A program made the position numbers and the translations under genes. From the NCBI GenBank assembly GCA_963827275.1, contig CAWHAA010000010.1, forward strand, positions 384,001-448,000: DNA of 64,000 bases, written 5' to 3'. The stretch comes from an uncultured Spirochaetota bacterium (GTDB lineage: Bacteria > Spirochaetota > UBA4802 > UBA5550). Positions within the stretch are counted from its first letter, which is position 1. Every line of letters begins with the position of its first letter. The notes under the pieces were generated by a model. The model had not been told where the DNA came from. It did no database searches and was given only the letters and a program-made list of their open reading frames with translations. Of this stretch, positions 1 to 9,057 are shown in pieces.

Positions 1-2
1 GC

Positions 3-647
3 CTCCTGGACTGCAAGCAGGAGTCCTGCCAGCCCCTTAAAAAGGATGCGCCCCGGATCACTTCGTTCCTGTGCGACGCGTGCGCGGCGCACCACGAAGC
101 GCTGAAGGGATACCTTGCCGGCGCCGGCATCGACTACACCGAGGACCACCTCCTGGTGCGGGGCCTCGACTACTATACCAGGACCACCTTCGAGTTCGTC
201 ACCGAGCGCCTGGGCGGGCAGAACGCCTTTGCCGCCGGCGGGAGGTACGACAACCTCGTGGAGCAGTTCGGCGGCAGGCCCACGCCCGCCGTCGGGTTCG
301 CCGCGGGCATCGAGCGGATGGATTTGCTCCTTGACGGGAATACGGCCCCTTCCGCGGGCATAGACCTCTACATCGCCCACACCGGCGGCGATACGCTCGC
401 GCGGGCTGTTTCCGTCTGCAGGCTGCTGCGCGAAAACGGCTTTTCCGCCGACCTGGACCCCGCGTCAAAGGGGTTCAAGGCGCAGTTCAAGAAGGCGGAC
501 CGCGAGGGCGCGGCCCTGGCGCTGGTGATCGGAGAGGACGAGCTCGCCGCCGGCACGTATACCGTGAAGGACCTGAAGAGCGGCGAACAGGAAACGGTAT
601 CGGCTGACCGGATCGTCGGGTACTGCAGATCAAAGCTGAACAGGTAG
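3..647 (+). CDS. hisS: Histidyl-tRNA synthetase, C-terminal part (5' end outside window)
   Basis: Frame open from base 3 (LLDCKQESC...); LVRGLDYYTRTTFE, GGRYDNLV and GFAAGIER motifs plus anticodon-binding domain (KAQFKKADR..VIGEDE). Confidence 0.97.
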   Translation, partial: LLDCKQESCQPLKKDAPRITSFLCDACAAHHEALKGYLAGAGIDYTEDHLLVRGLDYYTRTTFEFVTERLGGQNAFAAGGRYDNLVEQFGGRPTPAVGFAAGIERMDLLLDGNTAPSAGIDLYIAHTGGDTLARAVSVCRLLRENGFSADLDPASKGFKAQFKKADREGAALALVIGEDELAAGTYTVKDLKSGEQETVSADRIVGYCRSKLNR

Positions 648-700
648 GCCCCGGCGCCCTGCGGGCGCGCGGTCACTGCCTGTCGGCGGAGGGCACGGAC

Positions 701-1213
701 ATGTATTCCATACGCGGCGTCACCGATGCGGACTTCGGGATCATCCCCGGGTTTTTCGCTGACGAGCGGGAGCTGCATTACGCGTTCCCGAACGCCGGCT
801 GGCCCCTCACGGCGAAGGACCTTCGGCGTTCCATTGAAGCACGCTCCGATTCATCGGTGCTGCTGGCGGGCACTACCCCCATCGGCTTCGCGAACCTGTT
901 CGATATAAAAAACAATGTCGAGTGCACCCTCGGCAACGTCATCATAGACGCGCGCAGGAGAAAAAAGGGAGCGGGACAATTCCTTGTCAGAGGAATGATC
1001 GGCATCGCCATTGAAAAATATAAAACGCCGCGGATACTCGTGTCCTGCTGGCAGGAGAACAACACCGCCATGATGCTCTATGCAAAGCTCGGATTCACCC
1101 CTTTCGGCACCGTCACTAAGGAATTCACCGGTGGCATAACGGTGCCGGTCATCCTGTTGGAAAAAATCTACACCTGCGACGTGGAAGAGCCCTCCCCCGT
1201 CGGCACGATATGA
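701..1213 (+). CDS. GNAT-family N-acetyltransferase
   Basis: RRRKKGAGQFL acetyl-CoA loop; N..A..LY.KLGF motif; GGAGG RBS upstream. Confidence 0.85.
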   Translation: MYSIRGVTDADFGIIPGFFADERELHYAFPNAGWPLTAKDLRRSIEARSDSSVLLAGTTPIGFANLFDIKNNVECTLGNVIIDARRRKKGAGQFLVRGMIGIAIEKYKTPRILVSCWQENNTAMMLYAKLGFTPFGTVTKEFTGGITVPVILLEKIYTCDVEEPSPVGTI

Positions 1214-1220
1214 GACGCGC

Positions 1221-2714
1221 ATGGAACGTAAAGAACTGACAGACAGAATGAACGAGATCTTCCGCGCCTGCGGATTCGACCTGTCCCCGCGCCAGGTCGG
1301 GCAGTTCGGCGGCTACTATGAGCTCCTGATGGAGCAGAACGAGGCCCTCGACCTGACGCGTCTGAAATCCTTTGAAGACATCGTGATAAAGCACTTCGTC
1401 GATTCGATCTACTTCACCGAATACGTGGAGCTCCCCTCGCCCCTCATGGACATCGGCTCGGGCGCGGGGTTCCCCGGCATCCCCCTGAAGATATATATCC
1501 CGGGCCTGGACATCATCCTGGCTGAACCGCGGAAAAAGCGCGCCGCGTTTCTCGAAGAGACCGCGCGCGCCATCGGCCTCGGCGCCGTGCGGGTCTATCC
1601 CCACATGGTGACCGGCCTTACCGACTTCGCCGTGCAGGGCGTGATTACCCGCGCCCTCGAGACGGTCGATGAGACCCTCACCCGGGTCTTTCACCTTCTG
1701 CCGCGGGGGGGAAAGGCCATATTCATGAAAGGGCCCGACGCGGACCGCGACCTTGACGCGCTGTCGGACGACAACCGCTCGGCCTATTCCCTGGAGACCG
1801 ACCGTCACTACACCCTGCCGCACACCGACCATGAGCGCCGGATCATAGTATTCAGAAAGGAAACCGGCGGCTCGCGCAAAACCTACGCGATACTGAAAGA
1901 CCTGAGCGCGACGACGGGCACCGCCATCACGTCCGAAGAAAACAAAAAATTCAGGGAGCTGAAAAAGCTGTCCGCCGGCGACGGGATCCGCAAGAGCGGG
2001 TCAATACTGGTGGCGGGGAAAAAGATCATACGCGAGATAGTTGCCGGGGGGACGGTCCCCGTCAGGGAGCTTGTCCTCTGCGATGGCCATGTCGAAGATG
2101 ATGCCGGCATGGACGGCATCATCAGGGAGTTTGCGGCCCGGGGCTCGCTCCTGGTCATGAAGAAGGCGCTCTACAGCGAGCTGGACCTGTTCAACACCCG
2201 CGGCCCGCTGCTGTCGGCGGGCGTTCCGGAGATGAAGACATGGGACCTTTCCATCGGGCCCGGCTGCACTCTCCTCATCCCGTTCCAGGACCCGGTGAAT
2301 GTCGGTTCGGCGATACGCTCGGCGGTGGGATTCAATGTAAAGAAGATCATCATGCTGAAGGAAGCGGCCAACCCCTTCCACCCGAAATCGGTCAGGACCT
2401 CGGCGGGGGCCGTGTTCGGCGCCGATATTGAAAAAGGACCGTCCCTCTACGAGCTCCCCGGCCTTTTAGCGGAGGCGATGCCGCGGATCATCACCCTCGA
2501 CGCGGGCGGGGCGCCGCTCTCCTCGTGCGTGTTCCCCGACCGGTTCCTCCTCCTGCCGGGGATCGAGGGGCCGGGGCTGCCGGATTCGCTGAAGGCGCAG
2601 TCCGTATCCGTCCCGATCAGCGGCGCGGTGGAGTCGCTCAACGCGCCCGTGGCGCTCTCCATCGCCCTGTATGAATGGAGCCGTCACTCTCCTTCGAACT
2701 CGACCAGGCTGTAG
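1221..2714 (+). CDS. rsmG: Fusion of RsmG (16S m7G527 methyltransferase) and a TrmH/SpoU SPOUT RNA methyltransferase
   Basis: N-terminal half: KHFVDS, DIGSGAGFPGIPL, ITRAL, MKG. C-terminal half: QDPVNVGSAIRSA, GIEGPGL, VESLNAPVA. Confidence 0.9.
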   Translation: MERKELTDRMNEIFRACGFDLSPRQVGQFGGYYELLMEQNEALDLTRLKSFEDIVIKHFVDSIYFTEYVELPSPLMDIGSGAGFPGIPLKIYIPGLDIILAEPRKKRAAFLEETARAIGLGAVRVYPHMVTGLTDFAVQGVITRALETVDETLTRVFHLLPRGGKAIFMKGPDADRDLDALSDDNRSAYSLETDRHYTLPHTDHERRIIVFRKETGGSRKTYAILKDLSATTGTAITSEENKKFRELKKLSAGDGIRKSGSILVAGKKIIREIVAGGTVPVRELVLCDGHVEDDAGMDGIIREFAARGSLLVMKKALYSELDLFNTRGPLLSAGVPEMKTWDLSIGPGCTLLIPFQDPVNVGSAIRSAVGFNVKKIIMLKEAANPFHPKSVRTSAGAVFGADIEKGPSLYELPGLLAEAMPRIITLDAGGAPLSSCVFPDRFLLLPGIEGPGLPDSLKAQSVSVPISGAVESLNAPVALSIALYEWSRHSPSNSTRL

Positions 2715-3244
2715 TGATTGTATCCCGCCGCTTCGATTTTCTTGCGGCCCCCCAGGTCCGGCAGGTCCACGATGAAGGCGATCTCGACGACGACCCCGCC
2801 CAGTTTTTCCACCAGCTTCGCGCAGGCGAGCGAGGTGCCGCCGGTGGCGAGGAGGTCGTCGATGATCAGGACCCGCTCGCCCTTTTTGATGGCGTCGATA
2901 TGCACCTCGATGCAGTCGGTGCCGTATTCCAGCGCGTATTCATGCGAGACCGTCTCATAGGGGAGCTTCCCCTTCTTGCGGATCGGCACGAGCCCCTTCC
3001 TGAGCTCGTAGGCAATCGCCCCGCCGATCAGGAAACCGCGCGCTTCTATCCCGGCGATACAGTCGATCTCCATCCCCTTGTAGCGCCTGATGAAGGCGTC
3101 GATGGTCATACGGTAGCCTTCCCGGTCGCTGAGGAGCGTCGTGATGTCCCTGAATATGATGCCCTTTTTCGGAAAATCAGGGATGTTCCTGATTTTCGAC
3201 TTGAGCATGGCTATGATCTTCGGGTTGCCCTTCGCCTGCATCAA
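2684..3244 (-). CDS. apt: Adenine phosphoribosyltransferase
   Basis: IPDFPKKGIIFRDIT, IEARGF, RKKGKLP, IIDDLLATGGT PRPP-binding loop; 31-bp tail-to-tail overlap with the rsmG fusion. Confidence 0.97.
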   Translation of the reverse strand: MMQAKGNPKIIAMLKSKIRNIPDFPKKGIIFRDITTLLSDREGYRMTIDAFIRRYKGMEIDCIAGIEARGFLIGGAIAYELRKGLVPIRKKGKLPYETVSHEYALEYGTDCIEVHIDAIKKGERVLIIDDLLATGGTSLACAKLVEKLGGVVVEIAFIVDLPDLGGRKKIEAAGYNHYSLVEFEGE

Positions 3245-3279
3245 TCATCTCCCCCGGCGCGTCATTGCGCCGTCACTCC

Positions 3280-4641
3280 TTAGAATTGCACTTCTGCCTT
3301 TATGTACACGTTGTTGTTCGGCGTCGGGTCTTTTTTCGTTATGTCATGCAGCGACGTCGCGACATGGTACCTGACGGTCTCATAGTAGAGCACCATGCGG
3401 AAATAGTCGCTGAACTGGTACCCGATTCCCGCGCCCAGCACGAGCGTCTCGTTCGAACGGCGTCCGTTGGCAAAGAGGCTTTTCAGCTCCCTGCCCCACG
3501 CGGCCCGGCCGATGATAAGGACCGGCGCCGGCCTGACGATCGCGCCGAGGTTGAAGTTGAACCATGCATCCACCATCAGGAAACGCTGCCGGTAGCGCGG
3601 CGTGTAGCCCGTAAAGGGATATATGAACGTCGTCTTGGAGTACTGCATCTCCGGCGCAAAGAAGTTCGCGCCGACCTTCAGATAATCGCTGTACCAGGCG
3701 ATACCGGCGCCCAGGTAGCTTCTTTTATCGATGCCCTGATACTTGACGGGGAGTCCCGCCGCGTCCTCTTCGATCCTGTTCTTGTTCGTGTCTTCCCATC
3801 TCCCGTAGAAATTGACCGTGAGGTTTTTCAGGTAATCAACCGGGTTTACCGACACAAGGAGGGTGTGGGACTTGCCCGCGTATGTCTCGTTGTGGTCCGA
3901 CCTCACGCCCTCGCCGTTTGAGATCATGTATTCGAGGGTTACCATGTTGAAGAGCGCGAGCGACACCATGCCGCCCAGGTCGGCGGAGTCGTCGAAGCTC
4001 TTCCCGTTCAGTATCATCTTGGAATTGTTGAGATAGTTCTGTCCGATCCACCGCAGGTCGGAGAGTCTGTCGGTGATCCCGACGACCGGGGTCCCGATCT
4101 TGCCGACCTGCGCCTTCAGGCCGATGGGGCCGACCGGCGTGCCGAATTCCTTGTAGAGCTGGATAAAGCCGTATTTCAGGTAGAGAAAATCAGAGCTCTT
4201 GGGGTCGATATCAACGGTGATCTTCGCGCTGAATATCTCGCCGAGCCGCTTTTTTACTGTTATATAAGCCCGGTTGAGCCTGAATGAATTGCTGTCTTTA
4301 TATGAATAATTGGACGGCTCTTCGCCGGTAAGTTTCGTGGGGTCCGACCACGCCGCCAGGTAATCGCCTGTATTGATCCCCCACCGGGAGACTTTTCCCC
4401 AGGTGCTCGCACCGGTGTATTTGAACCCGGTAAAATAGGCCCATTCCATGTACATGAGGCACGAAAGATCGACCCAGAGCTTGCTCGGGTCTTTCCGGGC
4501 CGAGTCTTCCTTCGCTCCCGCATCTGCCGCCTGCTGCTTCTCGATCTCGGGCTTCTGGCGGTCGGGCCTGTCCTGGGATACCGCCGGCACGGAGAGCGAT
4601 AACATGACTAGTGACGCGATTACGGCAAACATCCTGTTCAT
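3280..4641 (-). CDS. Putative outer-membrane beta-barrel (porin-like) protein
   Basis: Sec signal peptide; FRLNRAYITV porin-like strand; alternating aromatic strands; C-terminal YIKAEVQF beta-signal. Confidence 0.7.
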   Translation of the reverse strand: MNRMFAVIASLVMLSLSVPAVSQDRPDRQKPEIEKQQAADAGAKEDSARKDPSKLWVDLSCLMYMEWAYFTGFKYTGASTWGKVSRWGINTGDYLAAWSDPTKLTGEEPSNYSYKDSNSFRLNRAYITVKKRLGEIFSAKITVDIDPKSSDFLYLKYGFIQLYKEFGTPVGPIGLKAQVGKIGTPVVGITDRLSDLRWIGQNYLNNSKMILNGKSFDDSADLGGMVSLALFNMVTLEYMISNGEGVRSDHNETYAGKSHTLLVSVNPVDYLKNLTVNFYGRWEDTNKNRIEEDAAGLPVKYQGIDKRSYLGAGIAWYSDYLKVGANFFAPEMQYSKTTFIYPFTGYTPRYRQRFLMVDAWFNFNLGAIVRPAPVLIIGRAAWGRELKSLFANGRRSNETLVLGAGIGYQFSDYFRMVLYYETVRYHVATSLHDITKKDPTPNNNVYIKAEVQF

Positions 4642-4908
4642 AACAGGCCTCCAATGATTTCATCTTTTAAAATTGCGATTTAAAATAGCAATAATTTATC
4701 GTGCGTCTTTTTTTTTCAAGCAGTAAAAATTACGGACAAAAAATATGGGGTGCGCGCCGGAACCCCCGTAAAAACGCTTGTAACTTTTTTGTCCCGGCGT
4801 ACACTCATTTCATCAGTGTATTCAACAGCACCCGGGGCCGCCAGGGGATACTGACAGCGGCCGACGACGGCCGCGCAAGGCCCCGGCAGCAGCAGGAGGA
4901 ATGAAGAC

Positions 4909-6036
4909 ATGAAGCATGGCGGGATAAAACTGGCTGCCCTGTTTTTTTCTCTGGCGCTTGCCGCAGCAGCGGCGCGGGCCGATTCCGGGTTCCCCGGCGA
5001 AACCGGGAGGGAGTCGCCCCTCAGGCAGGAGAACCGGAACTCGCCGGTATATGAACTGCAGAACACGTTCCAGAAGGTGTACGAGCAGTATAAAAACAGC
5101 GTCGTGTTTATCAGCACCGAGAAAACCGTCCAGCCGCGGTACCGCGATCCCTTCATGGACGATCCCTTCTTCAGGGAATTTTTCGGGAAGCGGGGCGTCC
5201 AGCCTGAAGCGCAGAAGCAAAAAGGCCTGGGGACCGGGTTCGTCATCACCAGCGACGGCTATATCTGCACCAATCACCATGTGGTGTCGAACATGGATTC
5301 GGTGACCGTCAGGATCAACAACAAGGACTACAAGGCAACGCTGGTCGGGTCGGACCAGCTCACCGACATCGCGCTGCTGAAGATCACCGCTACGGGGAAA
5401 TTCACGCCGGTCTACTTCGGCAACTCGGACCGGGTCAAAATAGGCGACATGGTCGTCGCCATAGGGAACCCGTTCGGCCTGGACAAGACCATTACCACCG
5501 GGATCATCAGCGCAACGGGACGGCACGTGTACAATGATACCGGGGTCTCGCACATACAGACCGACGCCTCCATCAATCCCGGCAACAGCGGCGGTCCGCT
5601 CATCAACCTCGACGGCGAGGTGATCGGCATGAACCGCATGATATACTCCAGCACCGGCGGCAGCCTCGGCATCGGGTTCGCCATCCCCATCAATACCGTC
5701 AAGGAGACGCTGGGCCAGCTCCAGAAGTACGGGAAGGTCAAGCGCGGGTATATCGGCGTACAGATATCCCCTCTCACCCCGGAATTCGCGAAGGAGCTCG
5801 GCCTTAAAAAGCCGGAAGGCGCACTGGTCGGGGCGGTGGAGAAGGACGGGCCGGCCGACATGGCCGGGGTGCGCGTCAGGGACGTCATTCTCCGTGTCGG
5901 CGGCAAGGCCATACAGGATTATACCGACCTGGTAAGCTTCGTGGGGAAAATGGAGATCGGGAAGAACCTGCAGGTGACCGTGTGGAGGGAGAAGGCCGAG
6001 GTCAACCTCTGGGTCACGGTCAAGGAGCGGCCGTAG
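4909..6036 (+). CDS. htrA: HtrA/DegP-family serine protease with one PDZ domain
   Basis: Signal peptide; catalytic triad in TNHHVV, DIALLK, GNSGGPL; PDZ begins RGYIGV. Confidence 0.95.
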   Translation: MKHGGIKLAALFFSLALAAAAARADSGFPGETGRESPLRQENRNSPVYELQNTFQKVYEQYKNSVVFISTEKTVQPRYRDPFMDDPFFREFFGKRGVQPEAQKQKGLGTGFVITSDGYICTNHHVVSNMDSVTVRINNKDYKATLVGSDQLTDIALLKITATGKFTPVYFGNSDRVKIGDMVVAIGNPFGLDKTITTGIISATGRHVYNDTGVSHIQTDASINPGNSGGPLINLDGEVIGMNRMIYSSTGGSLGIGFAIPINTVKETLGQLQKYGKVKRGYIGVQISPLTPEFAKELGLKKPEGALVGAVEKDGPADMAGVRVRDVILRVGGKAIQDYTDLVSFVGKMEIGKNLQVTVWREKAEVNLWVTVKERP

Positions 6037-6065
6037 GAAGTCCCCCTCCCCCGGCAGCCTAACAT

Positions 6066-6094
6066 AAAAACCCCCGCCGACGGCGGGGGTTTTT
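6066..6094. terminator. Bidirectional intrinsic terminator
   Basis: AAAAA-CCCCCGCC-gac-GGCGGGGG-TTTTT between convergent genes. Confidence 0.9.
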
Positions 6095-6164
6095 CGATTG
6101 TCCCTGTCACTGATCGCTCTCCGATCGTTGGAAAAACCGCCGCTCTGTTGCGGCGGCTGCGGCG

Positions 6165-7397
6165 CTAGAGCTCCCCGACGTTCTCGTATTCAGCGTACTC
6201 CTGCCCGCCCCCCTGCGGCTTTCCGCTCATTGCCTTGTCCGTCGTCACTTCAGAGGGCCGCGCCCTGTCATCGCGTTCGACCTTCTTCTCGCCGTTGCTG
6301 TCTGCATCGATCTCCGGGAGCACTCTTCTCTGTATCCGGTAGAGCATCTCCTGTGTGCTCATGCCCTTCCACTTGCGGGCCGTGTCGATGAAGCGGCCGC
6401 GCGGGTAATTGTTGATATATATCTGGAATTCGCGGGCGGCAAGGTCGAATTTCTTCAGCATGAAATAGGCATAGCCCTTCCGTATCCGGGCGTCCTCGCC
6501 CTTACGCCCGCCATACTGCATGAGCACCCGGTCGTAATAATTAATGGCCGTGCCGTATTTATGCAGGGCAAAATTGCACTGCCCGATCCAGTAGAGACAG
6601 TTCTCGGCGTAATCGTTCTCCGGGAAATTGTTCAGGAGCCGCTTGAAATAGGATATGGCCGACGTGTAGTTACCCTTGCGGTAGTTCTCGTGGCCGGTCC
6701 GGTATACCTGGCGGACATAGGCTTCCCGCACATCTTCCGCGTACGGGCTCATGGCGCCGTAATACTTGAGGAAATACTCATAGGTGCTGAAGGCCAGGTC
6801 GTTCTGGCCGAGACGCTTGTAGGCGCGGGCCTTCCCGAGTAACGCTTCCTCGTTGTTGCCGTTTTCAACCAGGGCGATATCGAACATGCGTTTTGATTTC
6901 TCGTATTCTTTCATCTGGAGGTAGGTGTGTCCAAGCTCCGAATAGACCCTGCTCCTGAATTCCTTGTTGTCGGAATTATTGAGCAGTGAAAGGAGCTGAT
7001 GGATGCCCTCCTCCGTGTGGCGCTTCATCACCGTGAGCCGGGCGATCCTTGCCTTTACCTCCGCGGTGAGGGCGGGGTCAAGGTCACGGCCGTTTTTCAG
7101 GATGTACACGTATTTCAGGTAGGCCAGCCGGTTCAGGTCCATCTTCTCGTAGCACTGGGCGATGAATAAATACGATTCCGTTTCCGCCTTGGTGCCGGGA
7201 TAGCGGGCTATGACTTTTGAAAAAATTGTTATGGAATCGTTGATCGCCTCGCGCGAACCCCGCTCGTACACGAGCTTCCCCTCGGTGAGGAGCTCCGTGG
7301 CCTCCCGTTCGTGCCTGATGAAGTTGTTATAGTAGGCAAAGAGCCCTATGCCTATGACGATCAAAACCGCTCCGATTATAATTCCTTCTTTTTTCAT
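6165..7397 (-). CDS. Membrane-anchored TPR-repeat protein (CpoB/BamD-like repeats)
   Basis: N-terminal TM helix; multiple TPR helices (AISYFKRLLNNFP..YAENCLYWIGQC). Confidence 0.8.
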   Translation of the reverse strand: MKKEGIIIGAVLIVIGIGLFAYYNNFIRHEREATELLTEGKLVYERGSREAINDSITIFSKVIARYPGTKAETESYLFIAQCYEKMDLNRLAYLKYVYILKNGRDLDPALTAEVKARIARLTVMKRHTEEGIHQLLSLLNNSDNKEFRSRVYSELGHTYLQMKEYEKSKRMFDIALVENGNNEEALLGKARAYKRLGQNDLAFSTYEYFLKYYGAMSPYAEDVREAYVRQVYRTGHENYRKGNYTSAISYFKRLLNNFPENDYAENCLYWIGQCNFALHKYGTAINYYDRVLMQYGGRKGEDARIRKGYAYFMLKKFDLAAREFQIYINNYPRGRFIDTARKWKGMSTQEMLYRIQRRVLPEIDADSNGEKKVERDDRARPSEVTTDKAMSGKPQGGGQEYAEYENVGEL

Positions 7398-7422
7398 ATG
7401 CCCTCGAATAACGCTGTTATAG

Positions 7423-8811
7423 TTAATAATTCTTCAATCGGGTCAACGCAAAATCCTGCCAGAAGGCAGACTGTTTCGGAAAATACGCCTTCACGTCCTT
7501 AGCGAACAGGTAATCAAGCGACTTCCGGTATTCTCCCAGCTCGATATATGATCTGCCGATAAAGAGCCCGGCCTTGGCAGTCACCCCTTTATTATCGGTA
7601 CGCCGCAGGAGATTGAGCAATTCTTTTATCGCATTCCGGTATTTACCCTTGAAGAAGGTCCGTCTCAGGATCCGGTCGATATCATCCGTTTCGGCGAGAT
7701 CTATCTTTATTTCCGGTCTCTTTATTCTTTCTTTAATGACAACGGGGGTCCTGGTGATATTCACCCCCGGCACCAGCTCAACGGCTGCGCTGCCGGCGGC
7801 CCCGGAAGGAACAAGGCCGTAATAGTAGGCCCCCGGAAGGGTTACCGGGTCCCGGTATTCCCTGCGGGATATGTCAATTTCCTGTAAAACCTCTCCGTCC
7901 GTGACCTCGCCCGACGCCGTATGGAGCTTCGCGGACCGGAACAGGCGGTGCATGTTCCCCTCTCCCCTGCCGGTGAAATTCCAGCCGACAATCACGCCGT
8001 CCCCCCCGGCCCTGGCATTGATAGATGTAATGGCGACCGTTTCAGGCGCGGGAGCGCTCAGGCGCACCGCTACCCCCTGGGTGGTGAAGTTCGCACCGGG
8101 CACCAGGGACCGGTTTTCCTTCCCCTTGAGGGAACGCGCGGTGACCGCATAATAATAGTCGCCCGGTTCGGTGATGCCCTCGTCGAGAAATTCTTCCGCA
8201 TCGGTCACGGTGCCGAGCTTGTCCGCCGCATCGAGACGCGCAACGGAATCGATGGCCTCCCGCGACCGGTATATGTAATAATAAACGCCCGTCATGTCGG
8301 GGTTTACCCAGGCCAGGCGGACCTTGAATTTTTCGATCTCCGCCGCAGCGATTCCCGCCACCAGCAGCTCCTCCCCGCGAGCGCCGATAACGGCCGGTTC
8401 GCCGGTATAATTGCCGTCGCGGAAGAGGCCCATCCTGTTTTCCACGATGCTCTTTTTTGAAAGCACGACATAGTAGTAAGAACCGGGGACGCAGCCGCTG
8501 TCATCAAAGCTGTTCTGTTCCGCCCCCTTTACCGTTGCAATCACCCGCGCGGCGCGGACCTTTTCAGCGGTGTCAATAACGCTGTCGGACTTCGCCACGA
8601 TATATTCTTCTCCGGCGAACTGCGGGTTCAATTGCCAGCGTACCCTGATCACGCATGATCCGTCAGGTGCGGCGGGCGGCGTCTCGGCCGTTATGCTGCG
8701 GGCCATGTCATCCGGGGCCTTTTCCTCTTCGTCTTCAAGAAATTGCGGATACAGGCTCGCCGCCCAGGTGAAGCTCATCAACAGGACCAGCGGTACAAGC
8801 CGCCGCGCCAT
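7423..8811 (-). CDS. Secreted protein with three FN3-like beta repeats and a C-terminal TPR-like segment
   Basis: Signal peptide from ATG 8811; three repeats with PG.YYY motif (VPGSYYYVV, EPGDYYYAV, LPGAYYYGL). Confidence 0.6.
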   Translation of the reverse strand: MARRLVPLVLLMSFTWAASLYPQFLEDEEEKAPDDMARSITAETPPAAPDGSCVIRVRWQLNPQFAGEEYIVAKSDSVIDTAEKVRAARVIATVKGAEQNSFDDSGCVPGSYYYVVLSKKSIVENRMGLFRDGNYTGEPAVIGARGEELLVAGIAAAEIEKFKVRLAWVNPDMTGVYYYIYRSREAIDSVARLDAADKLGTVTDAEEFLDEGITEPGDYYYAVTARSLKGKENRSLVPGANFTTQGVAVRLSAPAPETVAITSINARAGGDGVIVGWNFTGRGEGNMHRLFRSAKLHTASGEVTDGEVLQEIDISRREYRDPVTLPGAYYYGLVPSGAAGSAAVELVPGVNITRTPVVIKERIKRPEIKIDLAETDDIDRILRRTFFKGKYRNAIKELLNLLRRTDNKGVTAKAGLFIGRSYIELGEYRKSLDYLFAKDVKAYFPKQSAFWQDFALTRLKNY

Positions 8812-9057
8812 CCCCTTTTTTCTTGCATGCATTGACGTTTTCCTTGCCCTTGATTTGCCCGGTCCGGCCCGCGCCGGGTGCCGCCGTAGCATATGCACTG
8901 GGACGCATATACTATTTTTTATATTTTCGGATAATGACCGGTTTTCATAAAGCCTTATTTGCCCTTATATATGATGGAATTTTATAGATACGGCGCGGCA
9001 CCCGGCCCTTAAATTAGTATTGACTTCAGGCGCACAGTGCGCTCAATTAATGCCGGT

